A stretch of 64,000 bases of DNA, from NCBI GenBank assembly GCA_965202805.1, contig OZ241869.1, positions 704,001 to 768,000 of the forward strand, written 5' to 3'. The position numbers were made by a program, and so were the translations under genes. How positions within the stretch are numbered: the first letter of the stretch is position 1; each line of letters opens with the position of its first letter. This document shows, piece by piece, positions 1 to 10,922 of this stretch. Source of the DNA: Longimicrobiales bacterium (GTDB taxonomy: Bacteria; Gemmatimonadota; Gemmatimonadetes; Longimicrobiales; Gaopeijiaceae). A model generated the notes under the pieces. The model worked only from the letters and a program-made list of their open reading frames with translations. It was not told where the DNA came from and did not search any database.

Positions 1-422
1 TCGTGCGATATGTCGTCCAGGCGTCCGATGAAGGGCGAGATGTACGCGGCGCCCGCCTTGGCGGCAAGCAGCGCCTGCGGGGCCGAGAAGCAGAGGGTCA
101 CGTTGACCGCGATGTCGCGCGAGCTGAGTTCGCGGCACGCCACCAGGCCGTCCTCGGTCAGGGGCACCTTGACTGCGATGTTGGGGTGGACGGCGGCCAG
201 CCGGGTGCCTTCGTCGATCATGGTCGCGGTGTCCACTCCGACGACCTCGGCGCTGACCGGGCCGTCGATGGCTTCGCAGATCTCAAGGAAGATCTCCATC
301 GGGTCGCGGTCGCCGGCCACCCTGGCCAGCAGGGAGGGGTTGGTGGTTACGCCATCGATGAGGCCGGCGGCGGCGGCGCGGCGGATCTCACCCAGGTCGG
401 CGGTGTCGAGGAAGATCTTCAT
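1..422 (-). CDS. fsa: Transaldolase / fructose-6-phosphate aldolase family protein (5' part; runs off the window edge)
   Basis: Not in the ORF track. Translated by hand from ATG at 422: MKIFLDTADLGEIRRAAAAGLIDGVTTNPSLLA, the classic DTAD and GVTTNPSL motifs. Its start overlaps the truA stop (ATGA). Confidence 0.9.
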   Translation of the reverse strand, partial: MKIFLDTADLGEIRRAAAAGLIDGVTTNPSLLARVAGDRDPMEIFLEICEAIDGPVSAEVVGVDTATMIDEGTRLAAVHPNIAVKVPLTEDGLVACRELSSRDIAVNVTLCFSAPQALLAAKAGAAYISPFIGRLDDISH

Positions 423-1339
423 GGGGGGTTGGCGCTCCCTGCGAGTGGGCGGTCGGTGTCGGAATCTAACAGGGCGGGGTCGTCGAACGGGACGCTGCGG
501 GGGGATGCCGGAGGGGCGTCGGCCAGCGGAGCGGTGTTGTGCGCGACCGCCTGCGCCGGGTAGTGCACTCGGCGCAGGAAGAGGCCCGCGGCGGGAGCGG
601 GCGGCGACGTGACCAGGCCGTCTCGGTCCCCGTCGAGCATCGCGCGCATGTCGTCGAGCGGCCGGCGTCCGCGGGCGATGTCGACCATGGTGCCGACCAG
701 GTAGCGGACCATGTGGTGCAGGAATCGGTTCGCGACGATGGTGAACTCCATGCCGAGCTCCCAGCGGACCCAGCGCGCCTCCGTGACGGTACAGCGGTCT
801 CCCCGATGTTCCTGGCCGGCGCGGGCGAAGGCGGCGAACGACTTCTCTCCCGGCAGCAGCGCGGCCGCCGCGTGCAGGGCCTCGACATCCAGGTCGGCCG
901 TGGTCGAGGCGGCATCGCCGGTCAGGCGCGCGAGAGGCCAGCACCACGGCCGGTGGAACGGCGAGCGGGATTCCACGGCCAGGCCCAGCCGGTACCCGTA
1001 CTCGCGCGCCGTTGCGTTGTAGCGCGGGTGGAAGGCGGGCGGAGCGGAGTGAGCCTCCGCAACCCAGATGTCCCGCGGCAGTCTGGCGTTGAGTGCCCGC
1101 CGAAGGGTGGCGGCGGACCAGCGCGGCGGCAGGACGAGAGCGACCACCTGGCCGGTGGCGTGCACCCCCCGGTCGGTTCTGCCCGCCGCCGTCACCGTGC
1201 GGTGCTCGCCGGTAAGTTGCTCGAGGGTGGTCTGCAGCTCACCCTGCACCGTGCGCACTTCCGGCTGCATCTGCCAGCCGAAGAAACGGGTCCCGTCGTA
1301 GTGCAGCGTGAGTCGGAAGCGGCGTTGTCCCCGGGCCAT
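419..1339 (-). CDS. truA: tRNA pseudouridine(38-40) synthase
   Basis: Motifs YDGTRFFGWQ, AAGRTDRGVHATGQV, NRFLHHMVRYLVG and APAAGLFL. Confidence 0.96.
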   Translation of the reverse strand: MARGQRRFRLTLHYDGTRFFGWQMQPEVRTVQGELQTTLEQLTGEHRTVTAAGRTDRGVHATGQVVALVLPPRWSAATLRRALNARLPRDIWVAEAHSAPPAFHPRYNATAREYGYRLGLAVESRSPFHRPWCWPLARLTGDAASTTADLDVEALHAAAALLPGEKSFAAFARAGQEHRGDRCTVTEARWVRWELGMEFTIVANRFLHHMVRYLVGTMVDIARGRRPLDDMRAMLDGDRDGLVTSPPAPAAGLFLRRVHYPAQAVAHNTAPLADAPPASPRSVPFDDPALLDSDTDRPLAGSANPP

Positions 1340-1549
1340 GACGCCGGGAAACTAGGATTTCCGGAGGCGCAACTCAACATCCGGGCTCGTTCCTGCAAGC
1401 TCCGGCTCCTTCCCCAGGGTTCCCACCAGGCTTCGCTCGTCCTGCACGGCACCGCGGCGCGAACCGCCACCGCCGCGTTGACCGGGTACGGCCCGCTTGG
1501 TACCATCGCCCGAGCCTTCTCTCTCGCCGCCGCCGACCCGGACACGACC

Positions 1550-2596
1550 ATGGCCCCCGAAACGAAGCTGGAACTCACCCCCGTCATCGCCCGGGTGTCG
1601 GAGGGGGGCAACCTGACCGCGGCGGAGGCGGAGGGCGCCTTCGCGACCATCATGTCCGGAGAAGCGACCCCCGTCGGGATGGCCGCCTTCCTGATCGCGC
1701 TGCGCACCAAGGGGGTGGTTCCCTCCGAGATCGCCGGAGGCGTGCGGGCGCTTCGCCGAGCCATGCGCCCGGTGAGTTCGGAGCGGACCCACGAGCTGGT
1801 CGACACCTGCGGCACCGGGGGCGGCAGCGTGCGCACCTTCAACGTGTCCACCGCGGCTGCGCTGACCGCGGCGGCGGCCGGCGTGCGGGTCGCCAAGCAC
1901 GGCAACCGCTCCTTCACCTCGCAGAGCGGGAGCGCGGACGTCCTGGAAGCGCTCGGGGTCCGCATCGAGCTGACACCGGAAGAGATGAGCCGGGTGTTGG
2001 CGGAAACCGGCATCGTCTTCATGTTCGCGCCGCTTCTGCATCCCGCCATGCGCCACGTCGGCCCGGTGCGCGCGGAGCTGGCGGTCCCGACGATCATGAA
2101 CCTGCTCGGGCCGCTCACCAACCCGGCCGGGGTGACGCGCCAGCTGGTCGGGGTTTCCGACCCTTCCTGGCTGGAACTGATCGCGCCGGCGCTACGGGAG
2201 CTCGGCCACCAGCGCGCGCTGGTGGTGCACGGCGAGCCCGGGATGGACGAGTTGAGCCCGGTGGGGACCACCACCGTGTCCGATCTTTGCGACGGCGAGA
2301 TAACGACCTACGCTGTAACCCCGGCCGACCTGGGCCTGAGGCCGGGCAGCCTGGAGGGCCTCGCCGGCGGAACCCCCGGCGAGAATGCGGTCGTGATCGT
2401 CGATGTACTGGAGGGCCGCCGCCGGGACTCGGCGCGCTCGTTTGTTCTCGCCAACGCGGGCGCCACCGTCTACGTCGCCGGTCTGGCCGACTCGCTTCCG
2501 GAGGGCGTTGCCATGGCGGCCGAAGCCATCGACCGTGGCCGCGCGATCCGCAAGCTCGCGGAACTCCGCGAAGCCACGCGCGCCCGGGGCAACTGA
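1550..2596 (+). CDS. trpD: Anthranilate phosphoribosyltransferase
   Basis: C-terminal part of ORF 539..2596. Motifs DTCGTGG, TFNVST, KHGNRSFTSQSGSADVLEALG and MNLLGPLTNP. Start placed at ATG 1550. Confidence 0.95.
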   Translation: MAPETKLELTPVIARVSEGGNLTAAEAEGAFATIMSGEATPVGMAAFLIALRTKGVVPSEIAGGVRALRRAMRPVSSERTHELVDTCGTGGGSVRTFNVSTAAALTAAAAGVRVAKHGNRSFTSQSGSADVLEALGVRIELTPEEMSRVLAETGIVFMFAPLLHPAMRHVGPVRAELAVPTIMNLLGPLTNPAGVTRQLVGVSDPSWLELIAPALRELGHQRALVVHGEPGMDELSPVGTTTVSDLCDGEITTYAVTPADLGLRPGSLEGLAGGTPGENAVVIVDVLEGRRRDSARSFVLANAGATVYVAGLADSLPEGVAMAAEAIDRGRAIRKLAELREATRARGN

Positions 2597-2677
2597 GGCG
2601 CGCGCCCACTCCGGCATCCCGCCCGCCGATCTGCTCACACCGTCCGTCCCGGCCAGGGACGACCGGCATCTCGATCC

Positions 2678-2848
2678 TCAGGCTGGCCGATTCGCGCTCC
2701 GGCGGGGCCGCGGTCGGAATCGAGCGGGCGTGCGCGTCATCCGCGCCCCGCGAAAGAACGGTACGTCGCCCGGCCCGCAGTCCTCTCCGATCAGCACAAC
2801 TTCCGTGAAATCGCCTTTCAGTCTGCCTACCGCAAACGGAATCCTCAT
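2678..2848 (-). CDS. Putative 56-aa small protein downstream of lexA
   Basis: Found by hand; shorter than any ORF in the track. GGGAGG RBS lies 5 nt before the ATG. Sequence MRIPFAVGRLKGDFTEVVLIGEDCGPGDVPFFRGARMTRTPARFRPRPRRSANRPA. Confidence 0.5.
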   Translation of the reverse strand: MRIPFAVGRLKGDFTEVVLIGEDCGPGDVPFFRGARMTRTPARFRPRPRRSANRPA

Positions 2849-2891
2849 TGTCGCCTCCCTCCGGCCGCGGCCGGTCAGGTGACCGCACCCT

Positions 2892-2916
2892 GGTCCGGCT
2901 CCCCGTGAGCCGGACC
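2892..2916. other. Perfect 10-bp stem hairpin between lexA and the small ORF
   Basis: GGTCCGGCTC-CCCGT-GAGCCGGACC. There is no U-tract, so it is not a classic intrinsic terminator. Confidence 0.5.
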
Positions 2917-2945
2917 GTCCCGGTCGGTTATCTGTGAATCAAGCC

Positions 2946-3554
2946 TCAGTACTTGCGGATCACGCCGACCACGACCCCCTGGATCTGCACGTCGGCCGCG
3001 TCGACGATGATCGGCTCCATTGCTTCGTTGGCCGGCTGCAACCGGATCCGGGAGTTCCCCTCGCGATAGAACTTCTTGACGGTGGCCGAATCGCCCCCGA
3101 CCAGGGCGACCACCGTCTCTCCCTCATGTGCCGCCTGTCGCGCGCTGACCACGATGTAGTCGCCGTCGCGAATCTGTTCGTCGATCATCGAGTCGCCCTC
3201 GACCCGCAGGACGTAGCTCTCGGCGCCGCTCGGAACCATGTCCCGGGGAACGGACAGGGTTTCGGTGTCCTGAATGGCTTCGATGGGCAGCCCCGCGGCG
3301 ACCGCTCCGAACAGCGGCAGCGCGAAGACGCCGGCGCCTGTCTCGCGGCGCACCAATTCGATGGAGCGACTTTGGTTGTAGGCCTTCCGGATGTAGCCCT
3401 TGCGCTCCAGATTGCTCAGGTGCTCGTGGACCGTGGCCAGGGAAGCGTATCCGAAGGCATGCGCGATTTCCTCGAAGTTGGGCGCGTATCCCCACTCGTC
3501 CAGGTAGCCTTCGATGAAGTCCAGGATCTGTTTCTGTCGCTTGGTCAGGGGCAT
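2946..3554 (-). CDS. lexA: SOS transcriptional repressor LexA
   Basis: N-terminal wHTH LTKRQKQILDFI...SLATVHEHL, the VAAG cleavage site, catalytic Ser (GDSM) and Lys (ATVKK). Start at ATG 3554 (MPLTKRQ). Confidence 0.97.
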   Translation of the reverse strand: MPLTKRQKQILDFIEGYLDEWGYAPNFEEIAHAFGYASLATVHEHLSNLERKGYIRKAYNQSRSIELVRRETGAGVFALPLFGAVAAGLPIEAIQDTETLSVPRDMVPSGAESYVLRVEGDSMIDEQIRDGDYIVVSARQAAHEGETVVALVGGDSATVKKFYREGNSRIRLQPANEAMEPIIVDAADVQIQGVVVGVIRKY

Positions 3555-3581
3555 CGAATGCACGCTCCGCGAGAGTGGTGA

Positions 3582-3627
3582 CCGAACAGGACCCGAATAA
3601 CATACCCGAAGGTATCCCGAAGCGCAA
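3582..3627 (-). promoter_or_regulatory. lexA promoter (TTGCGC-17-TATGTT) with two candidate LexA boxes TTCGG-N6-TTCGG
   Basis: Minus strand: -35 at 3622-3627 and -10 at 3599-3604. Direct repeats TTCGGGATACCTTCGG (3606-3621) and TTCGGGTCCTGTTCGG (3582-3597). Confidence 0.7.
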
Positions 3628-3690
3628 GATGCATCCCGAAAACTCCGGAAGGGCATCCGCCCCCGGCGGTCGACGTCCGGTCCCACGCGC

Positions 3691-5321
3691 ATGAACATCC
3701 TCGACCGCATCGTCCGCACCAAGCGCAGGGAAGTCCGGGCCCTGAGGTCTGCGCGAGCGGAGTTGGCGCGGGCCGCCCGTTCGGCGCCTCCACCCCGCGA
3801 TTTCCGCGCCGCGCTGAGAGAACCGTCGGGGGAAGTGGCGATCATCGCGGAGGTAAAACGGCGTTCTCCCGGGGCCGGATCCATTCGCGAGGATCTGGAT
3901 CCCTCCGGTCTGGCGGCGGATTACGCGGGCTCGGGCGCATCGGCCATCAGCGTGCTGACGGATCGCACGTACTTCGGGGGCGGGCTGGATGATCTGCGCC
4001 GGGTGCGCGCGCGCATGCGGCGGCCTGTTCTGCGGAAGGATTTTCTGGTGGATCCCGTTCAGCTCGCCGAGTCGCGCGCGGCGGGAGCGGACGCGGTCCT
4101 GCTCATCGTGCGCATCCTTGAGGACCCGCTTCTCGCGGAGCTGCTGAGCGGGGCGCGCGAGTTCGGGATGGACGCGCTGGTTGAGGTTCATGACGCCGCG
4201 GAGCTGGAGCGGGCGCTGGCGGCCGGCGCCGAGGTGGTGGGGATCAACAACCGCGATCTGAGCACCTTCCGCTCGAGCGTGGCCGTCACCCTGGAGCTGG
4301 TCCGGCGCATCCCGCCCGAGGTGGTGGTGATCTCCGAGAGCGGGCTGGCGACCCGGGAGGACCTGGCAACCGTGGGTGCCGCGGGCGCGGACGCCGTCCT
4401 GATGGGTGAGGCGCTCCTCCGGAGTCCGCGCCCCGGCGACGCCGTGGCTGCCCTCACCGGCGTCCCGTGCGGACCGCGCGCCGTCGCCACCGGGCCGCAC
4501 GCGCAGCCCCCGACCCCCGCCCGGCCCGGCCCGTCTCCCGCAGCCGCCCCACCCCCGACCGCCGCCCGGCCCGCACCTCCCGGCGGCCGTGCGACCGCAC
4601 CCCCCGCCCAACCCGAACCACCCACAACTCCCGCAGCCCCCCAACCGCCACCCCCCACCCCCGGACCCGCCCCGGTGCCCGAAGTGAAGATCTGCGGGAT
4701 CACCCGCCCGGCCGACGGCCGCCTCGCCGCGCGGGCGGGCGCGACCTGGGTGGGCACCGTGCTCACTCCCGGCTTCTCGCGCAGCGTGGACATCCCGACC
4801 GCGCGGGCGGTGGCCGAGGCCGCCGGCCTGCCCCTGGTGATCCTCCTCGTGGACCCGAACCTCGACCAGGCGGTGGCGGCTGCGCGCGCCACCGGGGCGT
4901 CCGTGGTGCAGCTGCACGGCCGCGAGAACCCCGACACCGTCATCGGGCTGCGTGCGGCCGGGCCGTGGGCGGTGTGGAAGGCCGCGCCCGTGCGCGACGC
5001 CGCGGACGCCCGGGCCGCGCTCGACCGGTACGGAGCGGCCGCCGACGGCCTCCTCTTCGACGGATGGCACGAGAAGCTGCCGGGCGGCACCGGCACCCGC
5101 TTCCCGTGGCGGAGCCTGGCGGGCATCCGCGACCGCTTCGCCCCCGGGCAGCGCTTCGTGGCCGCCGGCGGCCTCAACGCCGGCAACGTGGCGGAGGCCG
5201 TGTCGATTCTGCGCCCGCATGTCGTCGACGCCAGCTCCGGTGTGGAGCGGCGGGTGGGCGTGAAGGATCCGGGGAAGGTCCGCGCCTTCGTGCGCGCCGC
5301 CCGCCTCAACGGGGGTGGCTC

Positions 5322-5325
<4 letters not shown>
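3691..5325 (+). CDS. trpCF: Fused indole-3-glycerol-phosphate synthase / phosphoribosylanthranilate isomerase
   Basis: TrpC motifs [26 protein letters not shown] and ISESG, then a Pro-rich linker, then TrpF motifs [25 protein letters not shown] and VDASSGVE. Confidence 0.93.
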
Positions 5326-6516
<1,191 letters not shown>

Positions 6517-6524
<8 letters not shown>

Positions 6525-7356
6525 CCGGGTCGCTGCCCCGACCGGCATGTCCCTCGCACAGTGTTTCGCGCGCTGCCGTACCGAGCGCCGCGCCGCGCTC
6601 ATCCCCTTCCTGACCTGCGGCTATCCGGATTCGCCGCAGTCCCTGGAGCTGCTGCGGGGGATGGCGGATGCCGGCGCGGACATCATCGAGCTGGGCATCC
6701 CGTTCAGCGATCCCCTGGCGGACGGGCCCACAATCCAGCGCTCCTCGTTCCAGGCGCTCGAGGGCGGCATGACCACCGAGGGCACGCTGGAGGTGCTGCG
6801 CGCGTTCCGAGCCGGACACGACACCCCGGTGGTCCTCTTCGGCTACCTGAACCCAATCCTGCGCTACGGGGTGGACGACTTCGCACGCGCGGCCGTCGAC
6901 GCCGGCGCCCAGGGACTGCTCCTCACCGACGTGCCGGCCGGTGCGGACCCCGCGCTGGAGGAGCGGCTGGCGGCACACGGCCTCGACCTGATCCGCCTGA
7001 TCGCCCCGACCACCTCCCCGGAGCGGGTCGCTGTCGTCGCCCGCGCGGGCGCCGGATTCCTCTACTACATCTCGCGCACCGGGATTACGGGCGCGCGCGA
7101 GCAGCTTCGGCGGGCGCTCGGGCGGGAAGTCGAGGCGGTCCAGCGGCGGGTCGCGGGCATCCCGGTCGTGGTAGGGTTCGGCATCTCCACCCCCGAACAG
7201 GCCGCCGACGTGGCCGCGGTGGCGGACGGGGTGGTGGTGGGGAGCGCCCTCATTGACCGCTGCGAGCAGGCAGGGGCGGAAGGCGTGCGCGAGTTCGTCG
7301 CGGCGCTCAAGGGGGCGATGGAGCGGGACGGCCCGGATCCTCCCTCAGCCTCTTAA
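6517..7356 (+). CDS. trpA: Tryptophan synthase alpha chain
   Basis: Motifs [30 protein letters not shown] and DGVVVGSA. Confidence 0.96.
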
Positions 7357-8941
7357 CCAACTCCGCATCCGGGGCCACGAACACCGTCTTCTCGCGCTCC
7401 AGGGTGACGGTGCCGGGCCGGGCGCCCCGCGGCTTGCGCACGTACTTGCGCCGGGTCCAGTCCACCGGGACGGTGGCGGAGGTGCGTCCCTTCGAGTGGA
7501 CTGCGGCCAGGACGGCGGCTTCCTCCAGGTCGCGGGGCGCGGGGCTGCCCTCTCCGCGCCAGCGCAGGATCACGTGCGCGCCGGACGCGTGACGGGCATG
7601 CAGCCAGATGTCGTCGGGATCGGAGTGGTGGAAGGTCAGCTCGTGGTTGCTCGCCGCCCCGCGGCCTACCCGGATTTCGGTTCCCAGCGAACTGCGAAAG
7701 CGGTGATAGGGGAGACGGGCAGGAGCCTTCCGCGACCTGGTGCCCGGGGCGGGCAGTCCCAGCCGCCGCTCAAGTTCCCCGGCGTCCACCGACCCCGCCG
7801 CCACCTCCTCTGAAAGCCCGTACCAGGCCGCCAGCCGGGTGCCGGCTTCGCCGATCTCCGCCGGGAGCGTGGCGGCGGCCCGCTCCGCGCGGGACGCACG
7901 GGCATAGTAGCGCGCCGCGTTCTCGTGGGGCGCCAGCGTGGGATCGAGCGAGACGCGGATGGTGCCGCCCTCGAAGTCGTCGAGCGAAACCCGGGCCGCC
8001 CCGCGCGGGATGAGCTTCATCCTCGCGAGAAGCAGATCCCCGATCCCCCGCATCCAGACCGGGTCCTCGAGCCGGGCGAGCTGTTCCTGCAGGCGCACCA
8101 GCCGGCCCTCGGCGGCGGCGATGCGCTTCTCCAGGGCCGACATCACCTCGGAGGGCACGAGGCTCGCGTGGGCAAGCGCCTCCGACCCGTCCGTCAACGC
8201 GGCGAGAAGTGTCTCGCGCGCGCCGCCCTCCATCCCCGGAAGGGGATAGGGGTAGGGCTGAAGCCCCTGGTCCGAGGAAAGCAGCTGCGGGTTCGCATGC
8301 TTCAGATCGCGCCATTCGCGCCAGCGCCGCCAGCCGGCCTCCCCCTCCTCATCCAGAAACGCACGCGCGTTCATGCGTGAGGTGTAGGCGACGTTGCGGA
8401 CGAGGGTGGCCACCCGTCGCCGTGGCGCCACGTCCTCGAACAGTTCCAGCCACGACGCCAGCGCCATCGGGCGACTCGCCCCCCGGCGCTTTGACGGGCG
8501 CGGCAGTTCGTACACCGCGCCCGGCAGCAGCTCACGCTCCCCGGCGCGGCGTGGTCTGAGCACGCTCCGGATGCGGTCGTCGGGGCCCTCGGTGAGGATC
8601 GCGTTCCAGCGGCCCGGCGAGAGCTCCAGCACGAGTCGCGTGCGGCGCGTCCGTCCCCGCAGGCGGGTGATCTCCACCAGGATGGCGCGCTCGTCCGCCG
8701 GTGCGGAGACATCGCGGACGATCCCCGCCAACGGGACCGCGCCCGCGGGAGGCGTCGCCTCGTCCACGACGGCGAGCCCTGTCGAGGTCGGGTGCAGGGC
8801 GAACACGACCGTCCGTCCCCGCAGAAAAAGCGCGGCCCGCCCCGCCCCGCGATCCAGGTGAAGGGCGCGCGTCCGTCCCGCGCGCAGCTCCCTCGCGAGC
8901 TCCCGGGCGGTGGCCGCCACCAGCAGACTGTCCCATTGCAT
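7307..8941 (-). CDS. NFACT (RqcH/FbpA-like) ribosome quality control family protein
   Basis: N-terminus MQWDSLL, a coiled coil with LDPTLAPHENAARYY, and a C-terminal NFACT-R domain (VGRGAASNHELT, DIWLHARHASGAHV, VDWTRRKYVRKPRGARPG). Confidence 0.85.
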   Translation of the reverse strand: MQWDSLLVAATARELARELRAGRTRALHLDRGAGRAALFLRGRTVVFALHPTSTGLAVVDEATPPAGAVPLAGIVRDVSAPADERAILVEITRLRGRTRRTRLVLELSPGRWNAILTEGPDDRIRSVLRPRRAGERELLPGAVYELPRPSKRRGASRPMALASWLELFEDVAPRRRVATLVRNVAYTSRMNARAFLDEEGEAGWRRWREWRDLKHANPQLLSSDQGLQPYPYPLPGMEGGARETLLAALTDGSEALAHASLVPSEVMSALEKRIAAAEGRLVRLQEQLARLEDPVWMRGIGDLLLARMKLIPRGAARVSLDDFEGGTIRVSLDPTLAPHENAARYYARASRAERAAATLPAEIGEAGTRLAAWYGLSEEVAAGSVDAGELERRLGLPAPGTRSRKAPARLPYHRFRSSLGTEIRVGRGAASNHELTFHHSDPDDIWLHARHASGAHVILRWRGEGSPAPRDLEEAAVLAAVHSKGRTSATVPVDWTRRKYVRKPRGARPGTVTLEREKTVFVAPDAELVKRLREDPGRPAPSPP

Positions 8942-9059
8942 GACGGCAAAGCTATCGGCAACCGGGAATCGACGCGCCATCCCGGGCAGGGAATCCCGTT
9001 CCGGCATGTGCCTGCCGGGGTTGATTCCTCCCGGCCCGATGCGCAATCTAGTCCCCTGT

Positions 9060-9653
9060 ATGACTGCTCCCCGCAACCATCCTCTTGTCGTCCGCGCCGC
9101 CGACGGGCTTCTCCCCTCCTGGGCGCGGGCGAGCGACTCCCGGCGCCGGCACATGACCCGGGTTTCGAACCTTATGCGCGAATGGGCAGTAGTACGCGCA
9201 GAATGCGAAGACGAAATCGTGCGATGGGCGGCGCTGGGGCATCTTCACGATGTCCTGAGAGACGGCGATCCCGCGGAGCTCAGGACGATGGTGGACGATG
9301 AGTTCGCCGCGCTCCCCGGGAAGCTGCTGCACGGCCCCGCAGCCGCCGGACGCCTCGCTCGCGAGGGGGTCGGGGACGATGGCCTGCTGCGGGCGGTGGC
9401 CTTCCATACTCTGGGTCATCCCGCGCTGGACACCGCCGGCGTCGCGCTCTACGCGGCGGACTTCCTCGAACCCGGCCGCGCGGTCCGGGCGGAGTGGCGG
9501 GCGTCGCTCCGGCGGCGGATGCCCGGCAAACTCGACGAGGTGGCGCTGGAGGTGGCGGGTGCGCGCACGAAGCACCTGCGGGAGATCAGCGAGTCGGTCC
9601 GGCCCGAAACCACCGCCTTCCTGGAACTGCTGAGGGTGCGGGCCGATGAGTAG
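9060..9653 (+). CDS. HD-domain hydrolase, YqeK (Ap4A hydrolase)-like
   Basis: Motifs RRRH..RV, LHD, LLHGPAAA, AVAFHTLG and ADFLEPGR. Confidence 0.8.
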   Translation: MTAPRNHPLVVRAADGLLPSWARASDSRRRHMTRVSNLMREWAVVRAECEDEIVRWAALGHLHDVLRDGDPAELRTMVDDEFAALPGKLLHGPAAAGRLAREGVGDDGLLRAVAFHTLGHPALDTAGVALYAADFLEPGRAVRAEWRASLRRRMPGKLDEVALEVAGARTKHLREISESVRPETTAFLELLRVRADE

Positions 9654-10191
9654 GCTGCTCCGCGGGCTGGCGCTGGTGGCCGTGCTCGGGGGACTGGCGG
9701 CGCTGGCGGGCTCCGCGGTGCTGCAGTGGTGGGAGCCTCCCGAGACGACGCCCGTGACGGTCGACGCGGTCGCCAACCCGCGCGAGCGAGTGCGCGTGGA
9801 GGTCCTGAACGCGGGTGGAGTCGCAGGGATGGCGCGGGCGGCTACCGGGCTTCTGCGCGACGCCGGCTTCGATGTGGTCGAGGTCGGCAACGCCGATGCG
9901 TTCGACCGGGACAGCTCCGTGGTGCTGGCCCGTCTGGGGCGCGTCGACCTGGCGTCGATGGTGGCGGATGCCCTGGCCATCCCCGCCTACCGGGACGAGC
10001 CCGACTCGACCGCCTACGTCGACATCACGGTGCTGCTCGGGAGCACCTGGGATCCCGCCATCGTGGCGGAGCGCGAGGCTGAACCCGCGCAGGACACGAT
10101 TGTGGGACCCGCGCCGGAGCCGGGATGGCGGGGGCTTCTCTCGCGTCTCAGGGGGTGGGCGGACGGTCTGAACCAGGGTAACCAGCGATGA
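9646..10191 (+). CDS. LytR C-terminal domain membrane protein
   Basis: N-terminal TM helix, then VRVEVLNAGGVAGMA...GFDVVEVGNA...DITVLLG. Confidence 0.85.
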   Translation: MSRLLRGLALVAVLGGLAALAGSAVLQWWEPPETTPVTVDAVANPRERVRVEVLNAGGVAGMARAATGLLRDAGFDVVEVGNADAFDRDSSVVLARLGRVDLASMVADALAIPAYRDEPDSTAYVDITVLLGSTWDPAIVAEREAEPAQDTIVGPAPEPGWRGLLSRLRGWADGLNQGNQR

Positions 10192-10922
10192 AGAAGAAGA
10201 AGCGCACGTCGAGCCGGCCGGCGCGGGCGAAGGGCGACAGGTCCGAGGGAACTCCGGGCGAATGGCTCCGCGTCCTCCTCATCTGGGCCGGCCTCTTCTT
10301 CCTGATCCGCTTTTTCGTCCTGCAGACCTTCGTCATCATCTCCGGTTCGATGACGGACACGCTCCTGCTGGGCGACTTCCTGGTGGTGAACCGGGCCGCG
10401 ATCGGTTCGCCCATCCCCGGCACCTCGCTTCGCATCCCGGGCTATTCGAGCCCGAAGCGCTTCGACATCCTCGTGTTCGATCCACCGCACGAGGAGAACA
10501 TGATGCTGGTGAAGCGTCTGGTCGGCCTGCCCGGGGACACGCTGGAGATGCGCGACAAGACGCTCTACATCAACGGGTCGGTGGCGAATGAGGCCTACGC
10601 CCGTCATATCGCGGCGAGCCCGGACCACTCCGACATCCGCATGACCTGGCAGACGCCGTTCCTGGTGCCCGGCGAGGATGCGGACTCCTATCGCCCCAGC
10701 CGCGACGACTGGGGCCCCATCATCATCCCGCCCGACAACTACTTCATGCTGGGCGACAACCGCGACGAGAGCCAGGATTCGCGCTACTGGGGGCTGCTGG
10801 AGGGCTGGCGGCTCGAGGGCCGCGCCATGTTCATCTACTACTCGTACGAACGCGGGACCATGACGCCCTTCCCCTGGATCCGCCGCATTCGCTGGGACCG
10901 CATCGGGGACCGCATCCGCTGA
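10188..10922 (+). CDS. lepB: Signal peptidase I
   Basis: Motifs ISGSMTDTL (Ser), LVKRLVGLPGD (Lys) and GDNRDESQDSRYWG. Confidence 0.95.
   Translation: MKKKKRTSSRPARAKGDRSEGTPGEWLRVLLIWAGLFFLIRFFVLQTFVIISGSMTDTLLLGDFLVVNRAAIGSPIPGTSLRIPGYSSPKRFDILVFDPPHEENMMLVKRLVGLPGDTLEMRDKTLYINGSVANEAYARHIAASPDHSDIRMTWQTPFLVPGEDADSYRPSRDDWGPIIIPPDNYFMLGDNRDESQDSRYWGLLEGWRLEGRAMFIYYSYERGTMTPFPWIRRIRWDRIGDRIR

Noticed and set aside
1340..1549. trp attenuator or leader peptide upstream of trpD
   Set aside because: No short ORF with tandem Trp codons and no terminator with a U-tract were found.
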